Positions 37,380 through 46,716 of a DNA stretch of 64,000 bases are shown here, in pieces. The stretch is from a virus. Each line of letters opens with the position of its first letter. Positions within the stretch are counted from its first letter, which is position 1. The stretch lies in the IMG/VR virus record IMGVR_UViG_3300042534_000747. One strand, given 5' to 3'. The position numbers were made by a program, and so were the translations under genes. Below the pieces are notes generated by a model. That model searched no databases. It was given only the letters and a program-made list of their open reading frames with translations, and had not been told where the DNA came from.

Positions 37380-37934
37380 ATGAATGATGAAAAATGGCAA
37401 AAATATGAAATTGAAAGAAATAAGGCAGACTTATATGTAAGAACAGAAACAGAAAAATCTATAAAAATATTTGATAAGTATTTTTTAATTAAAAAAATGC
37501 CAAGAGAAAGTGATTTGTATGTTGTTTTAGTGTGTAAGCATTGTGGGAAGGAGTTTAAAGCTAAAACAATTAGTGGTTTTAGAAGTAGAACTTTAGCAAC
37601 TGCATTAAAACATATTAGGGAATTAAATACTAGAGATTGGATTGATATTTCGAGATTATATTTAGCAAATTATATTAAAGGTATTGTGCCTGTAGAACTT
37701 GAAAATTATTATGATTTTGTAAGTTTTGATGCTGATACTGGTATTAGATTAGAAACATATGGCAATACTACAATTAAAGGCATGGAAGGGCATGTTGGGA
37801 GTTATAAAAGAAGGTCTACTAATGGCAATGTGATTGTATATGCAATTGAGAGGGGTATAATGCCTACATTGGAACTAAGTAGAAATATTAAGAATTATGA
37901 TAAGTATCCTAAAGTAAAAGTTTTAAAATATTGA
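37380..37934 (+). CDS. Hypothetical protein with CxxC
   Basis: VCKHCGKEF; AGGTGA RBS. Confidence 0.65.
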   Translation: MNDEKWQKYEIERNKADLYVRTETEKSIKIFDKYFLIKKMPRESDLYVVLVCKHCGKEFKAKTISGFRSRTLATALKHIRELNTRDWIDISRLYLANYIKGIVPVELENYYDFVSFDADTGIRLETYGNTTIKGMEGHVGSYKRRSTNGNVIVYAIERGIMPTLELSRNIKNYDKYPKVKVLKY

Positions 37935-37947
37935 TTGAGATTTTTTC

Positions 37948-38355
37948 TCAATCGTAATTTCCTGATGCATTTTCTGACCTGAAGTATTTTTCCATTTCCC
38001 AACCAATAGCAACTTTTGTCTCATATGAAATTGGTGAAAGATAGCCTACTTCTTTTTTGTAATGTTGAATTACAAGAGGTACAAAATTGTTGGCTATTCC
38101 TTTGATTGCCATTGTGGAATCATAGTTTCCTTTTGCCATTTTCTTTTTGAAGAGTTTAATCCATTCATTCCATTTTTGCATAAGAGCATAATCATTTTCG
38201 CTATATAGGATTAGTTCTTTTGCATCTCCTAAATTAATGTTTAGGGTTTTGAGTTTTGCTTCAGCACTATAATCCATATTGGATATGAATTCATTGTTTT
38301 TGTTTAGTGCTCTTTCAATTGTTATTATTTTATCCATTTGATTCATTTTTATCAC
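37948..38355 (-). CDS. Conserved phage-type helical protein (AxELxLYxEND..KKxAKGxYD pattern)
   Basis: DAKELILYSEND..KKKMAKGNYD resembles a widespread phage hypothetical family recalled from memory. Confidence 0.6.
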   Translation of the reverse strand: MIKMNQMDKIITIERALNKNNEFISNMDYSAEAKLKTLNINLGDAKELILYSENDYALMQKWNEWIKLFKKKMAKGNYDSTMAIKGIANNFVPLVIQHYKKEVGYLSPISYETKVAIGWEMEKYFRSENASGNYD

Positions 38356-38626
38356 ATTAAAATTATTTTTTAAGTATATAAAGGTTTTTAGAAATGATGT
38401 AGTTCAATATTTATGTAATCACTTATAATTGTCAATACATCATAATCATCTTCAGTGTAATGATTTAGTTTGTAATTCATTTTGAGAATATCATGATATC
38501 TATTTGCATCAAAGAGAGATTTATATGCATTTTCTACAATTTGATACATTTTTTTACGGCACATGATATGTAATTGATGGGTGTTAACTTATATAAATGT
38601 ATTGTAAAAATAGAAAAGGGGAAGTG

Positions 38627-39112
38627 TTAGTTAGCACTTATGTTTTCAATATATACAATAAGTTCTAAATCTTTCTTTTCTTTATTAATTATATTTTCAT
38701 CACGAATTAATAATGCATAATCTTTTATTTCAAATATGTAGTTTTCATTAATGTTCAGATTATCTATTTGAATGTCAAATTTATCATTCATGTTTTCGCC
38801 ATATATTTCTACACCATCATATTCTAAATGACATGCAATATTGATGTTCTTTAAATCATTACTTCCATTGTTAGTAATATTTGTACTAAATGTTGTGTAT
38901 AGAGTGTTATTATTGTCAAATGATTCTATGTATTTGAATTCAGTGACTTCAATATTCAATCCATAATTATTGTTTTTCATTATTACATCTGTTGGGTAGT
39001 CGTTTGCAGTTACGTTGTCTGCATCAATATTGTTTACATTGTAACCTATAAGGGCAATTAGTAAAACAATTATGATGCCAATTCCAATATATATTTTTTT
39101 CATTTTAATCAT
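38627..39112 (-). CDS. Membrane-anchored extracellular beta-rich (Ig-like) protein
   Basis: N-terminal TM; ITNNGSNDLKNINI. Confidence 0.65.
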   Translation of the reverse strand: MIKMKKIYIGIGIIIVLLIALIGYNVNNIDADNVTANDYPTDVIMKNNNYGLNIEVTEFKYIESFDNNNTLYTTFSTNITNNGSNDLKNINIACHLEYDGVEIYGENMNDKFDIQIDNLNINENYIFEIKDYALLIRDENIINKEKKDLELIVYIENISAN

Positions 39113-39258
39113 ATTTAAATTATTTAAATGATAGTATATAAACTTTTACTGTAAATTTAAATAATTATTTGCAAAATTATAAAGATATATTTTAGAAAAG
39201 GTTAAATAATTTGAACGTGTGTATAAAATGGGAGTAGGGTAAATGTGGAGTGGGTTAA

Positions 39259-39284
39259 GAATTAGGGTGAAATATCCCTAATTC
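39259..39284. terminator. 9-bp hairpin at the 3' end of the - strand operon
   Basis: GAATTAGGG/CCCTAATTC. Confidence 0.5.
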
Positions 39285-39287
39285 ATT

Positions 39288-39707
39288 CTAATTATGACCA
39301 AATTCATTGCAAAATTCATATTTTTCAATAAAAGTATTACGTTTATTAATATGACGTTCTTTACCATTTTCATCTATTACTATATAATGAAATTTATTTT
39401 CTCTTATTATTTTAAGAATTTGACTTGTATGAAGGTTAATTGGATTTTTATATTTTATATAACCAATTATAGATTCATCAATCGGAATGCCGTTTGATGT
39501 GCAAAATTCCCAATTATCTTTAAAGTTTGTTTGTTCAATACAATGAATGAATCCATCATTAGACATCATTAAAATTTTGTTGTCATTACTTATAAATTTA
39601 TATATAATGTTATCGTTTTTATTTTTTATATATTTCATTTGAGCACCTTGCATTTTGAGCAGTAAGGGTATTGTGGGTATTTGTAGTTTTGATAGCATAT
39701 AGGGCAT
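39288..39707 (-). CDS. Hypothetical protein with two similar halves (start probably MKYIK)
   Basis: YIKNKN..FKDNWEFC and YIKYKN..FIEKYEFC. Confidence 0.55.
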   Translation of the reverse strand: MPYMLSKLQIPTIPLLLKMQGAQMKYIKNKNDNIIYKFISNDNKILMMSNDGFIHCIEQTNFKDNWEFCTSNGIPIDESIIGYIKYKNPINLHTSQILKIIRENKFHYIVIDENGKERHINKRNTFIEKYEFCNEFGHN

Positions 39708-40120
39708 AATTCTAAGCCTTTATGATGGGCGTAATGACATCTATTGCATAGGATTATGGTATCTGTCATTGAAATGTATTTTTGGGTTGTGAGGGTTATT
39801 TCTTCATAGATTTTTTGGTTAATGTTGTTCTGAATAGTGTATAAAGAATAGGCATTTTTTGCTTTTTCCTGTTGTTCTTTTGATAGGATTAATTTGTTGT
39901 TTATTAAGGGAATGTTATTCTTTTTTACATATTCAATTAAGAAATCATTAAGATATTTTTCATAGATTTTATGTTTTATATCTTCAGGAGTTTCATGTAA
40001 ATCTTCAGGATGGTGAATGCTAAGTTTTATTTTAGAATTGCACCATGCACATCTAGATTTAGGTGTGATTATGGAATCACGATTTTGTTTCCATTCTTTA
40101 GAGTTATGAATTTTAGCCAT
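39635..40120 (-). CDS. HNH-like zinc-binding nuclease-family protein
   Basis: WKQNR..CAWC..LSIHH..ILCNRCHYAHH plus C-terminal CxxC..CxxC. Confidence 0.55.
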   Translation of the reverse strand: MAKIHNSKEWKQNRDSIITPKSRCAWCNSKIKLSIHHPEDLHETPEDIKHKIYEKYLNDFLIEYVKKNNIPLINNKLILSKEQQEKAKNAYSLYTIQNNINQKIYEEITLTTQKYISMTDTIILCNRCHYAHHKGLELCPICYQNYKYPQYPYCSKCKVLK

Positions 40121-40280
40121 TGTTAGTATCTATTGCTCTTAGAGGGCAGTATGGTAAGCATTTTTTGCAATTGATGCAGTTTGAATTTATTATTGCTTTA
40201 CCATATATTTTAATTGCATTATGTGTGCAGATTGATATGCAAAATCCACACCCTACACACTTATTATTAATGTGAATCAT
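40113..40280 (-). CDS. 2x[4Fe-4S] ferredoxin, 55 aa (absent from ORF track)
   Basis: MIHINNKCVGCGFCISICTHNAIKIYGKAIINSNCINCKKCLPYCPLRAIDTNNG: two CxxCxxCxxxC motifs. Confidence 0.9.
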   Translation of the reverse strand: MIHINNKCVGCGFCISICTHNAIKIYGKAIINSNCINCKKCLPYCPLRAIDTNNG

Positions 40281-40289
40281 GATATTTTT

Positions 40290-40475
40290 TCAATTGTCAT
40301 TTTGAATCGCCTTATCTCTTGTATCTAGAATTACTCTTATTGGACAGTAGAAGATTTTGTCTTTATCAATTGGAGATTTTGAATTGAAAGGGCAATAATA
40401 ACATGTTAAATGATTATTGCAAAAATCTTCTAATGATTTAACTGTATTAAGGTCAATTTGGATAAAATTGCTCAT
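40290..40475 (-). CDS. Small Cys-rich protein
   Basis: FC..CYYCPF..CP. Confidence 0.55.
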   Translation of the reverse strand: MSNFIQIDLNTVKSLEDFCNNHLTCYYCPFNSKSPIDKDKIFYCPIRVILDTRDKAIQNDN

Positions 40476-40631
40476 TTAATATTCTTCCACCGTGAATTCG
40501 TTATCTAGGTCAATATCTGCTTGTGAAAGGATAATGTCTGAAAAATAATTATATGCTTTTTGTTCAGCTTCTTTTTCATTGTTTGCTTCTACAACTATTG
40601 AAATGTCAGTTTTTACTATATATTTAATCAT
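40476..40631 (-). CDS. 51-aa acidic protein (absent from ORF track)
   Basis: MIKYIVKTDISIVVEANNEKEAEQKA..; TATA upstream; coupled to downstream ATG. Confidence 0.6.
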   Translation of the reverse strand: MIKYIVKTDISIVVEANNEKEAEQKAYNYFSDIILSQADIDLDNEFTVEEY

Positions 40632-40738
40632 ATTTGGTTAATGGTGATTATAGTATATAAAACAATTGGTTTTTTAATTAGTTAAATTGGTATTTTTAAG
40701 TTAATTTTATATATGATTAATGCCTTTAGTTGCATTAG

Positions 40739-41263
40739 TTGATAATTATGATTTATGATAAAATGATGTACGAAAGATTCTATTTTAAGGTGTATGGTAC
40801 TAAAGTAACTATGGATGAATTTATTGCAAGTGGTATATATGAAAATATTGTAATGGAAACATTTTCAACATTTGATGAAATGGTAAATTTCTATTTGAAG
40901 CATATTGCTGATGGATGGAAAGGACTTAGTGTATTGATTGCAGGAAAAATGCCTTATGTAGAATCTACTGTAACATGGGGATTATTTGATACTGCAATTA
41001 CTTATACAAATTATGTTGAAGATAATGATGTTGAAAGAGTTGAATGTTATGATGTTGTGTTCAAGGTTATAGGGTATACTAATTCTGATGGTTTGAAGGG
41101 TGAAATTGATAAGGAATTTATAGATTTGGCAGATGCTTTTAGAGTTTATAAAAATTGTATAGATTGGGATGTAATTCATTTTGTAATTGAATTTACAAAT
41201 GATAAATTTAAAAATGTAATGTATCCAAATTTGAAACTTACAAGCTATTGTGAGAGAATATGA
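40739..41263 (+). CDS. Two-domain G..Y family protein
   Basis: FKVYGTK and FKVIGYT..ADAFRVYKNCIDW. Confidence 0.7.
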   Translation: MIIMIYDKMMYERFYFKVYGTKVTMDEFIASGIYENIVMETFSTFDEMVNFYLKHIADGWKGLSVLIAGKMPYVESTVTWGLFDTAITYTNYVEDNDVERVECYDVVFKVIGYTNSDGLKGEIDKEFIDLADAFRVYKNCIDWDVIHFVIEFTNDKFKNVMYPNLKLTSYCERI

Positions 41264-41324
41264 TTTTTAAGATACATTTAAGTATTATGAGAACTATTGG
41301 TTGTATTGTTAAAAGGTGATATAA

Positions 41325-41804
41325 ATGGTTAAAGGAGAGTTAATTGATTTTAAAAATTATACTATAAATATAACTGGTAGTAATGGTAATGAAGGTGCTG
41401 AGTTGCTTTATAAAATTAATGGAAATGATTCTATGAAGGCAATTAAGTTGTATAATGAATTGATTGATTGGAAGCATTCTTATTTGTCAATTGTTGGTAT
41501 TAAAGATACTAAGAAGGTAATGTTTTCAATAGAGGATGGTGAAATTGTAATTATTAGTTCAATTATGAAAAATGTTGGAGATTATAAAATTCCAATTGAA
41601 GAAATTAAATTTGATAATTATGGATTTGAAATTGCAAATAAAGGTGTAGTTAAAAATAAGGATTTTGGAAAAGATTTCAATTTTACAGTTGATAATTTTT
41701 TGAATGATGAAAATGCTCAATTGTTAATGTTTGCAGAAAATGAAAAATTTATTCTGATGATTGAAATAGCACCTGAAATTAGAATTAGGATGTTAGAAAG
41801 ATAA
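41325..41804 (+). CDS. Two-domain G..Y family protein
   Basis: INITGSN..MKAIKLYNELIDW. Confidence 0.7.
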   Translation: MVKGELIDFKNYTINITGSNGNEGAELLYKINGNDSMKAIKLYNELIDWKHSYLSIVGIKDTKKVMFSIEDGEIVIISSIMKNVGDYKIPIEEIKFDNYGFEIANKGVVKNKDFGKDFNFTVDNFLNDENAQLLMFAENEKFILMIEIAPEIRIRMLER

Positions 41805-41807
41805 AAA

Positions 41808-42338
41808 ATGGTGATTGATATGATTAATGATGAAGTTTATTTTAAGGATGCAAGATATAAGGTTTTTGGCAGTAAGAATGATAATGAAGATTCATATGTA
41901 ATGTGTGAAGATTTAGGAGAATCTTTTAGGCAATTCAAGAAGATTATTCATTGGAGAAAGAAAATGCTTGTAATGAGTGCATTTAATGGAGATTTAAGGT
42001 TATCTCTTTCAATTTCTAATAAGAATATTAAAATAAGAAATGTAAAAGTCAAAGATGTAAACATTGAATCAATGAGGAACAATGTTGAAGATTTGATTGC
42101 CATTGATAGTTTTAAATATATTATTAGTGGGAACAAGGATGATGTTAAGTTTTTTAAGACTTATGATAACAGATTCAATGTTGCAATGAATAAATATTTG
42201 GATTTGGTTGATGATGATTATAGAAATGTCACTTTCAAGATGATAGGTGTTAATAAGGAACATGGTGTCAGGACAACTATCACTTATGATGGTGTTATTG
42301 GAATTGTCAGTGATAAGATTAAGAGAATATCTGCATGA
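41808..42338 (+). CDS. Two-domain G..Y family protein
   Basis: YKVFGSKND and YIISGN..NVAMNKYLDL. Confidence 0.7.
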   Translation: MVIDMINDEVYFKDARYKVFGSKNDNEDSYVMCEDLGESFRQFKKIIHWRKKMLVMSAFNGDLRLSLSISNKNIKIRNVKVKDVNIESMRNNVEDLIAIDSFKYIISGNKDDVKFFKTYDNRFNVAMNKYLDLVDDDYRNVTFKMIGVNKEHGVRTTITYDGVIGIVSDKIKRISA

Positions 42339-42342
42339 ATAG

Positions 42343-42999
42343 GTGAATATCATGAGTATTGAAAAACAAATGAGAAGTGTCTTGAAATGTCATAGATGTG
42401 AATTTGAAGTATCATTTTGGGATACAGGTGTAATAAGTACTGAATATGGTTTTGATTATAAATGTATAAATTGTAATGATTATACTACCTCTGATATTAT
42501 TGAAAAAGAGTCAGTTATTAATTATATAGATGTTGAAGGAATTGAATTTGCAATTGATGCTATAGATGTTTATTGTAATAATGAATCAAGTGAAATATTT
42601 GAAAAAATATATTATGATTTTCATAATGCAATAAATGGTTATATGAAATGTGTACTTTCAGATTGGAAAGATAATAATTTTTCTATATATGCAGATGATA
42701 ATAAAAATTTCAAATCATGTTTTGGCAAAACAAATGATGAATGGTATATTGTCGTAATGGATAAAAATAAAAGAGAATTAAGATATTATTTTGATATGTG
42801 TATTGTTACTGGTATAAGTAAAGGACATGAATCTGTTTTGAGAGAAAAAAATATAAAAAATGCTTTAATGAGATATAATCAAATAAAAGATTGGGATTTT
42901 GTAGAATTTGTAATTAAAGGGCAGTATGGTAATCATATTATTGAGTTTATTTATAATAATATGGAAGATATGAAAGTGAAGTGTAGTAAGGTGGTTTAA
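42343..42999 (+). CDS. Zinc ribbon plus G..Y family domain
   Basis: CHRC/CINC; IVTGIS..KNALMRYNQIKDW. Confidence 0.7.
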   Translation: MNIMSIEKQMRSVLKCHRCEFEVSFWDTGVISTEYGFDYKCINCNDYTTSDIIEKESVINYIDVEGIEFAIDAIDVYCNNESSEIFEKIYYDFHNAINGYMKCVLSDWKDNNFSIYADDNKNFKSCFGKTNDEWYIVVMDKNKRELRYYFDMCIVTGISKGHESVLREKNIKNALMRYNQIKDWDFVEFVIKGQYGNHIIEFIYNNMEDMKVKCSKVV

Positions 43000-43013
43000 T
43001 GGAAATTGTTATA

Positions 43014-43050
43014 ATGAATTTCACAATTCATTAAATCTTTTTTTATAAGT
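43014..43050 (+). terminator. Hairpin plus T-tract
   Basis: AATGAATT-TCAC-AATTCATT then CTTTTTTT. Confidence 0.5.
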
Positions 43051-43082
43051 TGATATTTTTATTGTTGTAGATTGAGGTAATT

Positions 43083-43730
43083 ATGAAAAATGTGTATTAT
43101 TGTTGTGACATTTATGATTCTGGAAATGGTAATTATATTATAGCCAATGATGTTGATGAAGCAATATTTGAAATAAGCTTATATTTGTTCATGACGGATG
43201 AAAAAGATTTAAGAGCTATAAAGATAGGAGAAGTTGAAGATAATTGTGTGGAAGGGCTTTGTTATGACGAATTTTACTTATTGAAAGCTGATATAATAGA
43301 TGTATATCATGGTGAGTGTATTTATTGTAATTTATGGGGTAATATTAGAAAACGTAATGGTGAAATTGGATGTGGTGAATGTTTAGATAAAATTGAAGGA
43401 ATTATTAAGAAGAAGCTTTATTTAGGTTATGATAAGAATAAAATGTTTGAATGTATTTATGTAGTTGCAGAAAATTACAATGATGCAAAAAAATATGTAT
43501 GTAGTGAATTTTTTGATTCTAATTATGATGATTTGAGAATATTTAAGGCAAATGGTAAAGTTAATGATTTGGATAATGGAATCGTTAAAGATTGGAAGAT
43601 TTTGTTAGAAATGGATATAATTGATAATTATATTGGTAGTTGTCCTATATGTGAATCGATGGATTTGATTGAAAAATGGGATGGATTAATAGGTTGTATT
43701 ACATGTTTAGAAAATAAAGATATTATATAA
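43083..43730 (+). CDS. Internally duplicated protein with two CxxC..CxxC fingers
   Basis: Two ~105-aa repeats, each ending in C-x2-C..GC-x2-CL. Confidence 0.7.
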   Translation: MKNVYYCCDIYDSGNGNYIIANDVDEAIFEISLYLFMTDEKDLRAIKIGEVEDNCVEGLCYDEFYLLKADIIDVYHGECIYCNLWGNIRKRNGEIGCGECLDKIEGIIKKKLYLGYDKNKMFECIYVVAENYNDAKKYVCSEFFDSNYDDLRIFKANGKVNDLDNGIVKDWKILLEMDIIDNYIGSCPICESMDLIEKWDGLIGCITCLENKDII

Positions 43731-43840
43731 ATTATGTTCCTTTTTCATTTTTTATTTATCTACTTGTATATATAATTGTACATGTGGGGATATTGTTATA
43801 TTCAATTAAAACCTTAGCAGATTTTGTGTAGGTGTAAAAA

Positions 43841-44377
43841 ATGCAAAAAAATGTTAAGATTGTACTTGATTATTGTATTGAAAAACAATATTTATATAAT
43901 AATATAGAATTCGATGGATTGTCAGTTATGTTTAATCTTATGTATACGCATTTTCCTTGTTGTATTGATAAAACATCAATTTGGATGGAAAAAGCTTCAA
44001 TTGTTGCATTATTGTATAAATTTCCATTGAATAAAAATATATCAATTGATGAATTAAATCTTGATATGTCTATTAAAGATATTGAAGATATAAAAAATTC
44101 ATTAAAGATACTTTATTATGATGAAAATAATTCATACACGGATTATATTAATAATTTAATCAGTAAATGCATTGATTTAAAATGTATACCATTATTTGTT
44201 AAATTAGGTTATATAGATTATTATATTCAAACGTTAAAAATGAATAAAATTAATGAAGATGATATTGAATTAAAGAGGTACATTGAGACTAGGGAATTTT
44301 TAATTCAATTTAAAAGAGAAAATAATTGTAAAAATATACCACATCTTTATGAAAAAAATAAAGCTGTAAAACTATAA
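43841..44377 (+). CDS. Probable inactive SpoT/Mesh1-type HD-fold protein
   Basis: IVALLYKF..ISIDEL, SYTDYINNL and VKLGYIDY align by eye to IAALLHD..TLEDL, SYEDYIERI and VKLADxxHN. Confidence 0.5.
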   Translation: MQKNVKIVLDYCIEKQYLYNNIEFDGLSVMFNLMYTHFPCCIDKTSIWMEKASIVALLYKFPLNKNISIDELNLDMSIKDIEDIKNSLKILYYDENNSYTDYINNLISKCIDLKCIPLFVKLGYIDYYIQTLKMNKINEDDIELKRYIETREFLIQFKRENNCKNIPHLYEKNKAVKL

Positions 44378-44527
44378 TTATTTTTTCATTTTTTTCTTCA
44401 TTTTTGCAATTTTACTAATATTTGATTTATTGTGTTTTCTACCTATAATTTTAAATTTTCTTAATTTTTGAGATATATTAAGTGAACTAATTGATGTTTT
44501 TGACATAATTTTAACCTATGATTTTAG

Positions 44528-44611
44528 TGCGAAGGGTGTGATTTGAACACACGAATCCCTACGGAACAAGATTTTAAGTCTTGCGCATTTGACCAACTCT
44601 GCTACCCTCGC
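44528..44611 (-). tRNA. trnL: tRNA-Leu(TAA), long variable arm, CCA not encoded
   Basis: GCGAGGG acceptor, CAAGA-CT-TAA-AA-TCTTG, TGTTCAAATCA. Confidence 0.93.
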
Positions 44612-44639
44612 ATTGTGATTATCATTCAAGACATGATGC

Positions 44640-44941
44640 TTGAACAATACTATACATATGCTTTATAGTATAAATAGTTAACTGATAATTGAATAAATGA
44701 AAGTTATTCCTATAGACTATGGGTACTATAAGCTAGCTATATATAGGCTTTTTTCTAATAATGATTTTTTAAGAATCAGTATCTAGTGACTTATTTTAAT
44801 GATTATTATAGAATCTATTATTTAGAATGTTCACAATGTGATTCAATGACAATGGGAATCATTAGAAAAAATATAAAAAAGATAACTGTTTTTCACACAC
44901 CTATTTACTGATGGTGAAAAAACAGATTTAGTTGTCAGTAG
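44640..44941. repeat. Copy B of the ~310 bp tRNA-associated non-coding module
   Basis: Collinear identical blocks with 17758-18071. Confidence 0.9.
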
Positions 44942-44947
44942 GCATTA

Positions 44948-46561
44948 TTATTCAGATTTATCATCATTTAATAATTTTTTGAATTTTTCTCTTCTTTTAT
45001 GCACTAATTCAACCATCTGATTTACTCTTCTACAAGCATTTTCATACTCAACATCTATTTTAGCTTCTTCTCTTTGTTTTTCTGCTTTTTGTACAAGTGT
45101 TTCACCTTCTTCAATCTTTTTACCTATTCTTTTAAGATTATCCATTTCTTTTCTAATTTTAGTCATTTCTGAATCTTGATATGTAATAATTATATTCACT
45201 GTAAATTGCAATAATGGTAAACATTTATCAAAATAAAAATCTATTAACTTTATTTGCCACGGTATAAAATAGGCATCTTCCATTGCAGTTACTTTATGAC
45301 CCATCATATATTTTACATAATTTGGAGTATCTGTATTATTCATAAGAGTACTACCAAAATAAGCTCTCATTTTATGAGAACGTAAATCATTCCATTCATA
45401 TTCTTTTTTCAATTGACCTGTTTTTGCTGCCAATTTTTTATACATATGCATCATGCCATCCTGTGACATTTTTCTATATTTTTCATTTCTATCTTTTAAA
45501 AATTTTGCAGGTATTACAGTATTTACAAATAAAGATATATTTTTTGTTGAATCTTCATCAACTATATCTATATCATATCTTCTTTTTTGATATGCAACAT
45601 AACTATGATTTCCTTCATGTTGTCTAGGAGATGGAGTATTTCTATAAATTAAATATTTATCAATTGCTTCAACAGCTTCAGGACTGAAAAATGTAATGAA
45701 TTTTTTATTTGATTTTTTAGTTTTTTCTCTTAATAAAAATAACATACATATTGTTACATCAATTTCTTTTTCAGTTCCATCATCATTAATTACAGTTCTT
45801 TTAATTGTTTTTTTACTATTTTCATAATCATATATTGATAAATTACGTAAATCAATACCTGATATTCCTGAAGATGTTTGAGCTAAAATTACAGCTTTTT
45901 CTAAATAATCTGTATATTCTAATATGTCAATCATTTCATCTCTTGTATAGATATATTCATGTTTTGTCAATGATTCCCTATTTGGCAAATTTTTAATTAT
46001 TTTTTTAGGAAAAATTATACCAAAATGCTCATAAAATGATTTGATAGCTGATATTTTAGATATAATTGTATTAGGTGCAAATTCACGATGTTCAATTACA
46101 TTTTCATGTTTATCAGTTATATCATATCCCACATTTATTAATGCATCATAATAAGCTTCTATTCTTGCAACTGATAATTGCATTCTTGAAACTGGTAAAT
46201 TTGCTTTTAAATTAGCAACATTATTTTCATCAGTTAAAGCTTCTTTTATTAATTGTTCAGGTGTAATTTTATGGGTTAAACAGAATTGAACTATAGCTTC
46301 AAATTGTATATTAATTGTATTTTTTGGTTTATTTTTGAAAAAATCTTGTAAAACATAATTTTCTTTTAACACATCTCTATCAAGAGTGGTATCATTTTCA
46401 TCTTCAGGGTCAGGCACAAAATCCATATCTGTATTTAATATTTTCTCAAATAATGTAGTAGTTGTAGTTGCGCTAGGTTTATGATTAATGAATTTGTTTC
46501 TGTTCTTTTTGCTATTAGCTTTAGTTCTAAGGTTAGAATCATCTGACAAATAATCACCCAT
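44948..46561 (-). CDS. Tyrosine recombinase/integrase
   Basis: N-terminal SAM-like PNTIISKISAIKSFY; LRSHKMRAYF, MMGH, DAYF catalytic motifs. Confidence 0.9.
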   Translation of the reverse strand: MGDYLSDDSNLRTKANSKKNRNKFINHKPSATTTTTLFEKILNTDMDFVPDPEDENDTTLDRDVLKENYVLQDFFKNKPKNTINIQFEAIVQFCLTHKITPEQLIKEALTDENNVANLKANLPVSRMQLSVARIEAYYDALINVGYDITDKHENVIEHREFAPNTIISKISAIKSFYEHFGIIFPKKIIKNLPNRESLTKHEYIYTRDEMIDILEYTDYLEKAVILAQTSSGISGIDLRNLSIYDYENSKKTIKRTVINDDGTEKEIDVTICMLFLLREKTKKSNKKFITFFSPEAVEAIDKYLIYRNTPSPRQHEGNHSYVAYQKRRYDIDIVDEDSTKNISLFVNTVIPAKFLKDRNEKYRKMSQDGMMHMYKKLAAKTGQLKKEYEWNDLRSHKMRAYFGSTLMNNTDTPNYVKYMMGHKVTAMEDAYFIPWQIKLIDFYFDKCLPLLQFTVNIIITYQDSEMTKIRKEMDNLKRIGKKIEEGETLVQKAEKQREEAKIDVEYENACRRVNQMVELVHKRREKFKKLLNDDKSE

Positions 46562-46643
46562 TGGTTGAATTTGGTCACGGTATACATGTGTGTATATGGA
46601 GTTTAGATATTAATACGTTGCTATCATGCGAAAATACATGAAT

Positions 46644-46716
46644 CATTAAGTATATGTAGAGTTCTGTCTTTGAGTACCCATACGTATCTAGAGACAAGTC
46701 TCTACATATACTAATG
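46644..46716. ncRNA. Rod-like hairpin upstream of the integrase
   Basis: Perfect 13-bp AGTATATGTAGAG/CTCTACATATACT plus inner TGTCTTTG/TAGAGACA stem. Confidence 0.5.

Noticed and set aside
44528-46561. tRNA-Leu as the integrase attachment site defining a nested integrated element
   Set aside because: Integrase lies on the tRNA 5' side and no duplicate of the tRNA 3' end was found in the window
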